62,874 bases of DNA, filler included, from Rhabdomonas costata (GCA_019059605.1; 45 parts of 45 records of this genome joined end to end with filler, not necessarily neighbours in it); one strand, 5' to 3'; positions 1 to 13,625 are shown, counted from the whole stretch's first letter. Made by a program: numbers and translations. The notes: generated from the letters alone by a model not told the origin.

Positions 1-513
1 TGTGTTAGGTGTGTTTAGTGGTTGTTTGACAAAACTGCGTGTCAGACAACTCTCTTCCTTCCAACTGGTAATCTTACATCGATTGAAATCTCCACCTGTG
101 AAATTTCCACACAAATTTTCACCTGTGTAGGTATACCAGCACGCTGTTTTGTCATTCAACTGCCAATCACTGTAGTGAAGCCAAAAAAAAAAGATGCCAC
201 GAACGCTTGAGGCGATTTGCTTCACGGGGACAGTTTCCAGTTTCCTTTGCCCCTTTTTTGCCCCTTTTGCCCCCATCTGCTACTAAGTACTGAACGGCCA
301 TGCGGAGAAGCGGTGAAACCGAAGCTGTGTACCGTGCCGGTCTCCATGGGTGTGTGCAGGCAAGCCACGTGTCTGTATGGGAGGTCAGCGCGGGAGCCGT
401 GACAATCCAGTGGGTTGTTTTTCACTGGCTGCTCACAAGACTCACAGGGCTTGCATCACGGGGCGCCAGTGTGCGTTTGGCGGAGGGGGAGGGACGCATT
501 CCAGCTGGCTCGC

Positions 514-1291
514 AGATGCCGAGGTCTGTCCCCGAGCCCGATATCAGCGCCGCCAAGATCGCGCTGACATCGCTGGCGCCGTTGCCGAGGGCCATGAACG
601 TGATCCCCGCGATGTTTTCAGACATCTGGAGGGTGCTGGTCACTCGCTCCAGGGTGGGCACGAAGAACACGTCTGCCACCAGTGCCACGGCGTGCAGCAG
701 CGCGAATAGCCAGAGGAACAGCGCGGCGTCCCACAGCACACCGGGCGCCAGGAACACCTCAGAGAGGGCCCCCGTGCCTTGCCAGCCGCAATACCTTGAG
801 GGTGGCGGCAAGAGAAAATGCTGAGGTGAAAAGTCACGCTGGAATTGCGTAATTCAATCCAAATCCATCACAAACCCATGTCGTCTTCACCGTGTTGCAA
901 GTGATTGTTTCACTCCTCTTAGTTTCAAGTCAGCATTTGGCTGTGCTGCGCACCAGACGATGCAGTCTGGTGATGCCATATTACATATTACATACATTTT
1001 ACATACATATTACATATTACAAATTACATATTACATATTACAAATTACATACTACATATTACATATTACATTACATATAACATACATTTTACATATGCAT
1101 ATCATATATATCTGCCAATTAGAACCGGGTGGCAAGGGACGTAAGTCCTTAGAAAAACCCGAAATGCTAATCTCCGTTCAGTCTCACATCTTAACTGACC
1201 CAAGCCGTGACATCGAATGCTACACGAGATCATCCATCATACCGCAGCTCCAGGTAGTTCAGGAAGCCCCCGCCGAAGGGCTCGCGGCACA
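514..1291 (-). CDS. Cation/Ca2+ exchanger (CCX/NCLX, SLC8B-like), partial, 2 exons
   Basis: Exons ~1291-1243 (CREPFGGGFLNYLELR) and 794-514 are joined by GT-AG intron 1242-795, giving NYLELRYC. The alpha-1 repeat motif ENIAGITFMALGNGASD is present. The probable next donor is GCGAG at 513. Confidence 0.88.
981..1095. repeat. Degenerate (TTACATA)n microsatellite inside the CCX intron
   Basis: Repeated ttacata/ttacaaa units seen directly. Confidence 0.9.
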
Positions 1292-1300
1292 CCCCACCAC

Positions 1301-1400
1301 NNNNNNNNNNNNNNNNNNNNNNNNNNNNNNNNNNNNNNNNNNNNTTAATTAATTAANNNNNNNNNNNNNNNNNNNNNNNNNNNNNNNNNNNNNNNNNNNN
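1301..1400. other. Artificial contig-joining spacer (first of 44; recurs every ~1.4 kb)
   Basis: N44-TTAATTAATTAA-N44, giving stops in all six frames. It is identical at every junction, and the flanking contigs are all ~1.3 kb. Confidence 0.98.
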
Positions 1401-3671
1401 TGTGTTGGCTGTGGGGTAACGGTGGACATTGTGACCGAGGGTGGTTCATGGTGTGTGCTCACTCCCATGGTTGAGCTGCTGCTTGTGTGGGCTCTGGTGG
1501 TGGATTTACGAGTGCTGTGGACACAAGGCCATGGTATGAGTGCGTGTGCTGTGAGCCTTTGCATGAGTGGGTAGTGGTGCTAGAGGACCGGTTGGTGTTC
1601 TGAACGTTGGTGGTACATGGCATCGACTCCATCCTGGTGGCTGCATCTGTTGATGGTGAGTACACAGGTGGTGGTGGAGGGGTGTTGGTGTCCTTGATCT
1701 GCTGTCCGTGGTAGGGCGTTACGGTGTGGCGTAGGGGATCGGTGCTTACCGTGTGCTCAACCCTTGGTTCATGCCTTGGCTTCCCCTCTCACGTGCGTAT
1801 CCATTCTACTATTGGGTCCTTGTGTAGTGTTTGTGCTACAGAGTGTATCGGATAGTAGGGTGTGTGGCGTCATAGCGTGGGGCTTGTTGGCATCTCCAAC
1901 CCCAACCTAGGCGTGTCTTACCCCAGTAGTAGTGTGGTGTGTGTCATCTTGACTATGTTGTGGTAGTGGTGTGAGTCCGATGTTGGGTGGTGGTGTCGAC
2001 CTCATCATGGCATCCGTGTCACAACGGTATCAGCCCATGGTGTGTCGATGTCATCCCTACCAGAACCCCGTCCACATCATGCGTAGTGTTACCTCTGTGT
2101 TGTGTGTGTGTGTGTGGGCTGATGCTGAACCTGGAACATCCGAAGCGGAGGTCGCCGAGACTGACATGACAGGTGGACTGTTACGGTTGATGTTGGTCCC
2201 AATGCGTAACACCTTGTTGCCTTTGTGCTTCCTGTGTGTCGACTCCTGGGCCCTGTTGGTGGATGGTGGCTGTTGGTGTGACGATGGTTCCTGAGGCCTT
2301 CTGTGTGAATCGTGGTGTGATGATGCGTGTTTCTGACCCTCTGTGTGGTAGTGAGTGTGAAGTGTGCGGTGAGACGAGTGGTGGGCTGAGTGGTGAGTTG
2401 AGGCATCGTGACTTTGGGTGGTGAGTGGTGGTAAAGTGAGTGGTGAATCTCAGCATGACTGTAGAAGATGAAAGGAACAACCCGATACCAAGCTGAGTCA
2501 GACACCCACCACACGTTGACAACCACCACACGTTGACAACCACATCACGTTGACATCACGTTGAGGGGTTCCAACCTCCTACGCAAGAGTGAAAAAGTGT
2601 GAGTGAGAGAGAGGAATCCTGCTTCTAAGGTAGGGTGTGAGAGGTGAAGGCTGACATCCCCACTTTCACCTCTCACCCTTTCACTCTTCACCCACACCCA
2701 NNNNNNNNNNNNNNNNNNNNNNNNNNNNNNNNNNNNNNNNNNNNTTAATTAATTAANNNNNNNNNNNNNNNNNNNNNNNNNNNNNNNNNNNNNNNNNNNN
2801 GGGCCCCTCCTCACGGCGACCGAGGGCCGGCTGGGCGCTGTGCAGGAGCAGTTACATGCCGTTTTGGGGGAGAGGCCCCCACCATTTTGCTTCACCGTGG
2901 AGACCGTCACGCGCGCGGTGTGCCGCAGCGCCCGTCTTGCGAACAGAGTCGGTGCAATGGAGGATGGGTTAAATGGAAGCCTCTGGTTACGATTACCACT
3001 GGTAACAAGCCTTCTCGACCAGCCTTTAGCGAGTGGAAGTGTCGCTCTCGGGTTACGCTTTCACTTCCTAACGGGGCGTGTATAATATGGCCTCTACTTG
3101 CCTTGTCTGTGATGGTTGTGGTGGTTGGTTCACTTAACCAACAATACCAATGGATCAAGGGGTTGTCATCGGCGAAGTACAAACCTGAAAAGCCAGTTGA
3201 CCCGACAGGAATTTTCATGCACGGCTGGGTCTGGCTCAGTTCACCGGTCTCCCGCCTGCCCAACCGGCTGTGCTGTGTCCTTCTTCAGCTCACCTCGCTT
3301 TGCATCCCTTGTGATGCCGCTAGAGATGCAGAAAGCCGCTGAGAAAAAACGCTGGAGAATACTCCCTATGCTCTCTTCTTGACCCCCATCGGGGCTCCGC
3401 ATTTGTATTCGCACAGATTTCTTCAGCCTCGTTTCTTGGCAACCGGATGCGTTTTTGACGTCATGGATTGTCGCCGTTGGTCCCAGCCTTAAAGCATTGC
3501 ACCTACACCCCCTCAGAGAGTGTGCGTGCACTTTCCTGAACCTTGGACCCTTTTCCAACCCCGCTTCCCTTGGATGGATCCCTTGTTTCAGAACGCTATA
3601 GTATCATGTGTGTGGGGGGGGTATAAAAATTTGAGCCTTTTTCAAAACTAATGCCACCCTGTGCGTAGTGG

Positions 3672-3752
3672 AACTTGAGTGGACTCTGGGATCCTTTGAT
3701 TTTGGACAAAGTATCATGCATAACGGCACGGTATCTAGGCAGCAGTGTCGCA
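3672..3752 (+). repeat. Dispersed repeat A, copy 1 (copy 2 reverse at 53656-53736)
   Basis: gtggactctgggatcctttgattttggacaaagtatcatgcataacggcacggtatct aligns with the reverse complement of 53656-53736, with scattered substitutions. Confidence 0.85.
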
Positions 3753-4428
3753 CAATTAAGGTTTTTGATGTTTCAAATGATCACCATTCGTGTTTGCCAT
3801 TATGCGACTCACCAAAAATTAATAGTTCGTGAAATAAAAATGTCCGTGGCAATATTAAAACCACCCATGGCCGAAATCCGACTCTCGAAGACGAACACAC
3901 GCACTGGGACACAGACGGAGCAAAAAATGCGCGCTGGGACACGCATACGGAGACGACACGCACACGCTCTTGGACACCGCCCGATATTAGCTGCTGCGCG
4001 GGAAGGGCCCTGTTCAGCACTCGAAGCTGTACTGTGTCGGATGGAGGTTTCCTGCGCGCAGGGGCTTAGACTGCCCAATGGCGAAAACACACACTTCATC
4101 NNNNNNNNNNNNNNNNNNNNNNNNNNNNNNNNNNNNNNNNNNNNTTAATTAATTAANNNNNNNNNNNNNNNNNNNNNNNNNNNNNNNNNNNNNNNNNNNN
4201 GTTGGTTTTGAACAGGTCGTATTGAACTCTGAACTCCATAATTCGACGCTAAATTTGGGCTGGGTTTCAAGTTTTCTGCTGTGGACATCACACTGAACAT
4301 TGAATTGAACTTTGAACTGGTCACATTGAACTTTGAACTGTTGACCTTGACTTGACTTGACCATTGAGCACCCCCACATTGAACTGTGAGGCCGGTGCAA
4401 CTCTGCTTTGGAGCCTTCTCTTATTTAG

Positions 4429-5113
4429 TTGTGTGCAACTTGTGCATTGTTTCTTGCTGCGGGAGCCTTCTGGGCTCAATGTCTTGCTGCATTTTGCGGC
4501 GTATACTGAATGTTTGCTGCAAACGAGCATGGTTATAGACTCCAAGGTGCTCGCTAACCGCTGGGATGTGTTCGACCTCACCACCGCAGAGCTGCATCAG
4601 CAGCTCGCGCTGGTATTGCTACTTTTGTGATTCCTGTTTGGAGTCGCCTCCTATCACCGGTTTCATTCCTATACCTGAGAACCTGACGCTATTCGGAACT
4701 TTAGAACTTAAGTTTGGGCTGGGACTCTCTTGCTCCCTCTGAAATAAGCTGGTTAGCACGGCTCATGTATTCATGAGACGGGGTGCCCTGACCTTACAGG
4801 GGCCTGTGCTGGTGTGGAAAACTAGTGTTAGGCTCGATCCGCAAAACTTGAGAAGTGAGTTTGAGGGCAGTTAGAGTGTCACGGACATTGCTGAATCGCT
4901 CAAGCAATACAATGTTGTTTGCATTTCTTCTTGCAGGTGGCGGCTCTGTTGTCGTCGTCTTCGACCCCTTCACCTTCTCCCTCAGTGAATGAGCTGCTGG
5001 AACTCAAAGACTTGCTCACGCGGGAGCTGGGGGAAAGGACCGCCAGCGAGGGAATCATGGCGGCGTTGAGTGGTTCTATTGCGCGTGTTGCAGCCTTGGA
5101 AGTCTTCGAATAA
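4429..5113 (+). CDS. Hypothetical protein, last two exons
   Basis: Exon ~4429-4612, phase-0 GT-AG intron 4613-4936, then exon 4937-5113 ending in TAA. The join is in frame; no family recognised. Confidence 0.5.
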
Positions 5114-5639
5114 TTTTGTCATCTTTGTGGACCCGTGTTGATCTGCCTTCTCGCTAATTAGTTGGATTAGAAAAGATCAACCGAAATAGAATTGAAAAGA
5201 CCCAGGGTTTACGAAAGCCGCTTGTGCAAAAAGGCCCAATCCTGCTTTGTCTCCATTCATTTCACATTCATCACTGCCGAGAAACTGCCCTAAAATGCAG
5301 ACCAACACCGCTGGTGTTCATTTTTTGGATGATGGGCTTTTGATTCCAGTGGGCCTCATCTGATAATGGATATTGGATTTCCTTCCCCAACAAAGTGCCT
5401 GTGACTGAAAGTTTGGAGTGGATTGCATGAGGTGAATGAACATCTTGCGCCCTCGAGGGGGGGAGGGGCTGAACTCAATTCGCCCAACGGAAATAACATG
5501 NNNNNNNNNNNNNNNNNNNNNNNNNNNNNNNNNNNNNNNNNNNNTTAATTAATTAANNNNNNNNNNNNNNNNNNNNNNNNNNNNNNNNNNNNNNNNNNNN
5601 GAAAAAAAAACCCCCCCCCCCCCCGCTTGTCTGACATAC

Positions 5640-6366
5640 CCAAAGGAGACCCAAGCAGTCCAGCAGGGCCAGCCGCGGTGCCACCGCCGCCGCGGCGTCC
5701 GGGTGCTCAGCGCCTTCTTCGGCCACGACCAGCGATTGGGCAAGCGCTAAGAGTTCGCTCAGGTAGGGCCTTAGCGAGGCCTGCACAGGAAAGGTGTGCA
5801 GGGGGACCCACATTGCCTTGTGCGCTTGGCAAAGGCCAGTTTCTTTTCTCAAAGGGGGAGGCGGCCCACTGGCCTCGACTGGATTCCCGCCGTCGAGTTT
5901 TTTCAAGCGGCTTATCCATAATTTTCAACAGCAAGGCAGCCGGACTCACTCAAGACTCTGACTCCTAAGGCAACTAGCTGCTTCCCTTCGCCTCGGTCCA
6001 TGGGTACACATCAAAGCTAATCCGCTGATTCGGCCCAGAAATGGACGACCACACTGCTCATGCCGGTGATATATGGAGAACTTGAAACGCTACTGCGGAC
6101 TCTGAGCTCAGATTCAGGTTCAACTGTCCTGCAGTCGTGTAGTGTAAAATGGGAGGTAAGTTCTCAAAGCGCATTCCCACCTGGAGCTGCTTGCGAGCCC
6201 CAGCCGACACCTCTTCCGACCGGCCCGTCGCCCCCGCCCAAGCCGTGTTCAGCATGGTACAGTGTGCAGGGAGCTGCAGCAAAGCCTCTGCCCGTGCTGC
6301 GGGAATTCCCGCACACAGCGCACCCAGGGCCACCGTGGCAGGTCCGAGAATCCTGCCCACCGGGGC
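5640..6366 (-). CDS. Hypothetical helical (HEAT/ARM-like) protein, two internal exons
   Basis: Exons 6366-6181 and 5780-5640, phase-0 GT-AG intron 6180-5781, and a downstream donor GTATGT. Leu/Ala-rich sequence. Confidence 0.55.
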
Positions 6367-8561
6367 CTGAATGTGGCGACGGAGCTGCGCGGCAAGGGTG
6401 CCCGCGGTGCTTTGGGGGATAGAGAATAGAGAGCCAACTTTTCCTTCTTGCATCCTTTGGCTTTCCCGTTTTTTTTGGCACTCTGGTGGCAACACCCTCA
6501 CCACTGTCTGCGCGACCACGTGGTCTCTTGTAATTTCTGACATGGAACGGACCCGTAGTCTTCCCTGGCTTCAGCACGTGCAACCAGAGTCGGCCAAAAA
6601 CCGAACCCGGTCTGGCCCGGTCCGTACTTCCAAGAGTTTTAGTGCATGCCTTAAATGTGAGGAGCAGTCGGAGGAAGGACGAAGGGCTCGTGGCGGCACT
6701 CAGTTGAACTGGGGCAAAGGACTCTCATCATTACACTGCACCGTCGAGAAAGCCCGAAATGATCCCGAAATAAACATTTTTCTCCCTGCTCCACGCAGCA
6801 AGACAATGCAAAGCCGCGCTTCTGCTCTATGCGCAAGCAGCAGCTCATGCCCTGACGACATGAGAGCACCCACATATCCAATCCCACTCCCACCACAACC
6901 NNNNNNNNNNNNNNNNNNNNNNNNNNNNNNNNNNNNNNNNNNNNTTAATTAATTAANNNNNNNNNNNNNNNNNNNNNNNNNNNNNNNNNNNNNNNNNNNN
7001 GTGGGTGGGTAGAATCACGTGTACGTCTCCGACCTTTTCCTGGCAATCAACGTAGGGTGCTAGAGAGCTCCAGGATATGGTCGGAGACGTACACGTGATT
7101 CTGCCCACCCCTCCGACAAACCAAATGCCTGTGGGGCTGTTATGAACAGAGGCTCATGGACAGATGACCCGTTCATCTGCAATATACTGTGATTATTATG
7201 TATGATGTGGAATGACTTGGAGCACCTCTTTTTGGTCGTGGAACATTTTTGATGCTTTTTGATTATTATGGCTTGACGCTGAAAATAATTCGACATCGTT
7301 GAAAGTGTTCAGAGGACTCATTGTTATTCTCTTTTGACAGGAGGGGAAACTGAATAACTCCCTTTGCTTTATGTGGGTCGGGTGTGAAGTGACTGGCTTA
7401 TCAACAAAAATTGCAAAAAAATGCATGCGTCGTGGCCGCAAACCAGCGGAATTTGTGTGAGACCTGCAGTCTTAGTAGTTCTACACAATTCCTCGCAGAT
7501 TTAGGGAGTGCAGGTCCAACCTCCGATGACTTTGCAGATCGAGGAACGCACCGCGCGATGTAATTCAGCATACGCCGCAAAAGCAGCTCAATGCCCTCGG
7601 TCTGACAATTCGAAGTCACTCAAGGTCTGAACCACAGCGCTAAATGGACACCACAATGGCTAAAGAGCTGATGATGCTTCTATTCAACTAAGGCATCAGT
7701 TGTAAGCAGTGAAACGATAAATGATACAATCGCGCCTGTGTGGAAAAATGTAAAAAAACCACATAAACGTACACAACTAACGCAACTGAAAAAGAAAAAG
7801 TCAGCACAACCAATAAAAAACATGGAGTCTTGCGTTGAGGTTTTTTATGACCGACCTTTTTGCCAGGGCAAGCAATTACCTCGACGACTTTTTTGTTTAA
7901 CAAATAGAGACCCATGGAATGTGGATAAAGACAAAACGAACACAAAAAATGGAGCAAAAACACGGCTTGGGAGGGGTTGGCGCGAGAGTGGGTGCCTTAT
8001 TTTTGCTTTGCTTTTTCTTTTGCTTTTGGAAACGTGCAAAATAGACTCGGGCATTCGTCTCGTTTTCCCGGCGGCGGAAAACCGGGCAACATTACCCACG
8101 GGGTGCTAAACACCATGGTGCCAAACTGGTATTATATCGGATTGAGGTAATCACACAATAAAGCCCGGCAAAAAAAACACAAAAAGAAATCGCAGAAGTA
8201 AGGCCCAGCGAAGCACGGCAAGAGGGAAAAGCGAGCAATAAACCCGGAGGGACTACACCGGGTATCGCATTTTGAAAAAAACAAACGTCAAAAACAAAAA
8301 NNNNNNNNNNNNNNNNNNNNNNNNNNNNNNNNNNNNNNNNNNNNTTAATTAATTAANNNNNNNNNNNNNNNNNNNNNNNNNNNNNNNNNNNNNNNNNNNN
8401 GTGTTGGGGTGCAATGCAAACTAACAATTTAGACGGGTAGGCGAAGCCTGAAAAAAAGATGACAGGGCGACTGATTGTACAGGGGCACAGAAGCAAAGAA
8501 TAAAACGAGCGGCGAAACGAAACAAAATAAAATAGGGCTGCCCAGGAGGAGCAAAGCACAC

Positions 8562-9595
8562 CACGCGGTTGGAAGTACCCTTGCGGATGATCTCCAGTAC
8601 CTCAGCAGCGGAAGTCACCTGGGATTCCGTAAGGTTTTCCACGTATATTCCCTTCCCTGAGCAGAAGAAAGGAGAAAAGTTCACAAACAGTATCCGTACA
8701 CTAAGGAACAAGGAGAAATGAGGGATATGGGTCGAAGTGGAACCATCACCTGTTGATCCGTTGTTTTTCATTTCAGAAATTAAGATTTTCTTGTTATGAG
8801 GGGGCATTAATCCACTGTTTGATATCCATTTTTTACGAGAACAAATACGGAGCTATAATATCCATTTTTTTTAAAATTTTTTCTTGGGGCTTTACTTATA
8901 AAATCTAAATCACGCTTCCGCTGTCCAATGCCTGCGGCTGCTGCGGAAGTCAGACAGCCTTTGCAGAGAGGGATACAGATGGAAAAAACAAAGGGCAAGT
9001 TAATAATCCAATTCCTATAATAATCCAATTCATTACTACTACCTGAAACCATTATTAAAACCTTTACGGAAAACAGTTCCCGACTGAACTTGCAAACGAA
9101 AATTTCGGCAATAGCAATAGTAGGGGTCTATTGAACTCCATTGAACTCCATTAAACCCATGAAAACTGCAAAGCGGACACCGTCCTGTGTCGAGCTCAGA
9201 GCAGCAAAAGGAGCAAAAAATTTCAATGAGAGCAGAAGCAATTGATCAATTTAAGAAAAAGAATCGTTTTCTTGCACTTTAGCAGCAATTTTCTGATGAA
9301 ACGCGGTGCTGAATGCTCCTCCTCTTTTCCGCGCTTGAGCAGAGGGCGGAACATGACACCGCAAGAGATAACAAAGCAGGAAAACGCATGCCGCTGACGA
9401 TGTCTTCGCGGATGCGATACTCCAGCCCGGCACTTGAGGGCCCCGTCAGCAAGTCCCGAATTTGTTCCTTGTACAGCTCAAACATGCTCAGAGTGACCGA
9501 CCATGCCACCTCGGCGGGCGGGAGGCGCTGCAGCGCTTCAAAAAGTGTGCACAAGATCCGAGGGATCAGTCCCCGCTGGTTGTAATCACTGGAAC
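8562..9595 (-). CDS. Kinesin motor domain, two internal exons
   Basis: Exon 9595-9392 (RGLIPR...SMFELYKEQIRDLL...IRED) and exon 8656-8562 (GIYVENLTE...KGTSNRV) carry canonical kinesin motifs. Intron 9391-8657 is best read as GC-AG. Confidence 0.95.
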
Positions 9596-10027
9596 CTGCG
9601 TTTTTCGGTTTTGAGATAAACAAGTAAAGGCAAGTTTTTGTTTTAGATCCCCACCCCTGCACTAAAGCAGGTGCAGAAGTGGCAGCACAAAACCAACANN
9701 NNNNNNNNNNNNNNNNNNNNNNNNNNNNNNNNNNNNNNNNNNTTAATTAATTAANNNNNNNNNNNNNNNNNNNNNNNNNNNNNNNNNNNNNNNNNNNNGT
9801 GTGTGTGTCCTCCTTGGAAGGTATTGTTATGGTCGGATGGAAGTTCTGTGCGGCCGGGGAGAGAGAGAGAGAGAGAGAGGAACCCTGACGCGCCCCTTTC
9901 CGGAGAATGTTGCATATGGGGTCGGATGGGGTGTGTTCTTTTTTCTTTCGAATTATGCTGTGAACCCCGGGCGCGGCGTGGGACTGCTGGTATGGGGATG
10001 TTAGAGAGTCGAGGGGCTGTGGTACAG

Positions 10028-10622
10028 GGGAACGATGGACGGGAAGGCGTACTGCTCCAACGAGACTTGGAACCAGATTCTGGAGCGGGTGCAGCTGGAC
10101 ACGATTACCCTGAGGGACCAGCAGTACGACGCGGTGCTCCACCTGGTCACCGCGGCGGACGGCGCCGAGGAGTACTACACCCGGGGCAACAACGAGGCCC
10201 GCTGGGAAACCCCAGAAGAGGCACCGCTCACCACCACCACCTGCTCTGCCCCTTTCCGCTCGCACACAAGATCCAAGATTCAAAAAGGACTTCTTCAGCG
10301 AACCAACAACTTGCAGTGAGCATCTGCTTGGTGGCCAAGGTTTTTTGGTACGACTACGCATGCTGTAACGTTTTATTATAGCGTTTTCTTATATTCATGG
10401 GCGCACTCCGAGATGTACGCATGGTCCCAACTTGCAGGCCACCCCACCACCACACACCACCTGCCCACCCTCAGGCCAGAAAGCAGGACTCGCTGACCCT
10501 GCAGACCTACATCGGGCACCCTCACCTGAGGGTAATCGACAACTCCACGGACTTCGTTGGAAAGATCCAAAGGGTGATCAACTGTGTCAGTGCGTTGATG
10601 GGGCTGGATATCGGCTCCGAAG
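10028..10622 (+). CDS. TTD14-like P-loop NTPase (AAA_28-type), two internal exons
   Basis: Exons 10028-10220 (RGTMDGKAY...YDAVLHLVTAADGAEEYY...NNEARWETPEE) and 10475-10622 (ARKQD...GHPHLRVIDNSTDF), with GC-AG intron 10221-10474. Confidence 0.8.
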
Positions 10623-11650
10623 GTGCCCCCGTGCACGACCACCACCACCACCACTCGCTGAGTCACCTTTCGCCGCCCTCTCAGTTGCAATTCTCTTTTT
10701 TCTGTGCGCCAAGAGCACGAGGCACTGCACTCCCTGGCTTCTCTGTGTTCGTATTTCGAGTTTCGGGTGAATTTTGTCACTGCATGAATATCGCGGTGGA
10801 CACTTTTATATTTGGCGAACTCAAAAAGTAGGATTGTGAGCAATCTGGTGCACACCAAACACCAGTTTCTCCCCTGTAAAACTCCTGAAAACCCAATTTC
10901 AGACCAAAAATTGCCATAATTGGGCTTGAAAAGAGACTCAAATCAAGATAAGGGCGAAGTTCAGGTGCTTTGGGATACCAACGAGCTCGGCTGACAATGT
11001 TTTTTGGGGTACGCTTTTTCCAGAACAAAGAGAGGTCACCGCCTCTTTGTAGCTCAGTGTAGATTTTTCTCCCAAAAAAACCTCTAGTAAGTCCCAACNN
11101 NNNNNNNNNNNNNNNNNNNNNNNNNNNNNNNNNNNNNNNNNNTTAATTAATTAANNNNNNNNNNNNNNNNNNNNNNNNNNNNNNNNNNNNNNNNNNNNGT
11201 TGGTGTTGAAGACCTCTCCGGATGTATGGCTTTTACCAGCGCAGGCTTCGAAGACCTTTTACCCACTCACACCAGGAATCCCCGGTGTATGGATCCTGGT
11301 GCCGCCGGATTCGTGAGATTTGCGGATTGTGATTAACGTTTGGTTACGGGGGTTGAAGTGGTCGTTTGTCGATGCACGGTGACTCAGGGAGACATCACTC
11401 TTTTGCCACTGCGGCGTTTTTGGCTGTCAGCTTGACGACACGCTTTGTTGCAGGACTTGCAGGTGGCGAGGACTTGGAGTTTTGTGGGTTATGCTTAGGT
11501 GCATGTCCAGTCCTCTGAAAAGGGTGACAACGGGCGGGCAACTACAACTGCTGGTCGTTGTGTGGACGTGCATACTGGATGAGAAATACCTCAGCGGCCG
11601 TTATTGGTGAGTTTCCCCGTGTGGACGTGGAGGTTGCCGACGGGTGCCGC

Positions 11651-11830
11651 CATCACACACATAGCGCCTTGGCGCAGTCTGCATTTGACTGTCCTTGTGC
11701 TGCTTGTTTGTGTCATGGTGCACTCACGGTGCTGTTGTTTCTGCTGTAGGACACGGTGTGCATTGGGGTGATGGTGTGCGGCGTGCCCGTCGCAGACATA
11801 TGCATCCACACAAGCAGACACACACGCACC
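11651..11830. repeat. Dispersed repeat B, copy 1 (copy 2 reverse at 20993-21172), ending in a CA-rich tract
   Basis: The reverse complement shares gggcac-gcacac-tcaccccaatgc...cagcaccgtga...aacaagcagcacaaggaca...gcgccaaggcgc-atgtgtgtga with 21020-21172. Confidence 0.8.
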
Positions 11831-12598
11831 AACGCACCCACGCGCCCACCCACAAACCATTATGAGACTGGAGTCTATAATTTGGCGTTGAAGGCATAAA
11901 GGCTGGGAGCGCGTGCATGTGAGGAGTGGTTGGTATCATTCACTCTGCCTGTGTGCGAAACACGAGACACGTGGGTATCAGCAGTAATGCAGCGTGAGGT
12001 TGTCTCCGCAAACATTTTCAGCAGGCGGTGCTCGTTATCTTAGACAGACATGGAGCACCACCACCACATGGCTAGCCAAAACATCAAACACCCACACACA
12101 CCAACCCACAAATCGACACACACGTGCACACACCAACTGCAACACCGCACCAATGGTGTTGAAGAAGCTACAAACCATGACACCAAATGTTTTCGTATCC
12201 AGGCAGCGCGAACATCAGCTTTCTTTTTCTCTTTACATTACGGAACCTGGCTCCAAGTTTTCTGATATTCTCCATTTGTAAAAGCTGGTTCACACTCATT
12301 GTTGCATTTGTTTTTTGTACCGATGCTGTCGTTTTTATATGTGAGTCACCTCATGCACTCCTAATCTGTTCGTCTCGTACGAGGCTTTTCGTTGCACAGT
12401 CTTGGCGCCTGTTACACACTCCGTTGTATGTTTTTATCCTCAAACGTTTCTGTTCATTTTCAAAACCCACCCTATATTTCGAAGTCAAATTTATCAAANN
12501 NNNNNNNNNNNNNNNNNNNNNNNNNNNNNNNNNNNNNNNNNNTTAATTAATTAANNNNNNNNNNNNNNNNNNNNNNNNNNNNNNNNNNNNNNNNNNNN

Positions 12599-13380
12599 CT
12601 CGGTGACTGTGGTGGGGGTAGAGGGTCCTGTGATGGAAGGTGAGGGCAAGTCCTCCGAGGCTCCAGGCTGTGGGCCCCCCTCAATAGCAATCAAGGTCTT
12701 CTTGAATTCCAGCGGCAGGTAGTTGTACTGGAGGTAAAACCTGCAGTAGACAGAATGCCGCACTGGATGGAAGCCTCCCCCACACACACACAATCCGAAG
12801 TCACGAGAGTCATCATTGAACCTGCCTTAACTGCCACTGCCAATCCAATCCTTTGCATCGCAGTTAAGTGTGTGCCCGGAACCTAGAATACATTGGAACC
12901 TAGAATTGGCACCCCGTTTGTGCGGGCATGCCCTGTTCCGATTTCCGTGAATGGCACATTTTCAAAAAAGAAACCTAGAATAAGCGAAGACCCCAAGAGG
13001 CGGCGGGTTATAGATTGCCGCGACGATGCATCGACTCATGTGCTCTTGCTGAACCAGTTGTACGGGCCCCTGCCCGTCACTTCCGCTCGCACACAAAAAA
13101 CAACTGGGAAGGGAGAAGGTGAAAAGCAAGATCGAAAGGGGTCAATTTTCAATGCTGAGATGAGAAAGAAGAAATAACATCAAAGGAAATGCCCGCACAC
13201 GCGGGGTGCCAACCCGCGATGGTTCAGCAGACTAAGATGAGGCAAAGATGAGGGGGAGAAGAGGAGAGAGAGGGGAAAACTTGAGTTGGGCCTTCATGGC
13301 GTCGCTCACGGGGTTCCCCTCAATTCGGATGTCCACCAGCTCGTAGCGATGCTTCACCAGCTCGATCAATGCCATCACTC
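12599..13380 (-). CDS. Leucine-rich-repeat (RNI-like) protein, partial, two exons
   Basis: Exon 13380-13281 (GVMALIELVK...LVDIRIEGNPVSD) is LRR-like. Phase-2 GT-AG intron 13280-12741 joins it to FYLQYN... Confidence 0.6.
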
Positions 13381-13625
13381 CTGCGGCGAAAGGGCAAGCC
13401 CAATGTCGCATTGAAAATTGACCGAGGCCACGAGCAAAAAAAAACAGCAACAACAACAGAAAGCAACTCTTCCAGTGTGCCTGCGAATGCATCTGCGGAT
13501 CCCCCCCCCTCGTGTTGTTTGGCTGGACCACGAGAGCTTTGGGCTGGCATCATGGATATTGTAATCCAACGGGGAAATCTATCCAAGCGTTTAGCACATG
13601 CAAATTTTATATCCCAGGCATAATA

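Noticed and set aside
1-28. G/T-rich contig ends as telomeres or nanochromosome caps
   Set aside because: There is no fixed repeat unit, the ends cut through exons, and they match the amplification primer.
1345-1356. Regularly spaced TTAATTAATTAA as a biological repeat or CRISPR-like array
   Set aside because: It is embedded in N runs and identical at every junction, so it is an assembly linker.
3160-3185. LYFADD on the minus strand as a reverse-transcriptase YADD motif
   Set aside because: No other RT motifs surround it.
11270-11520. Decayed integrase (CKSC zinc-finger-like, QDPYTG) on the minus strand
   Set aside because: It requires several frameshifts and stops, and the similarity is too weak to support.
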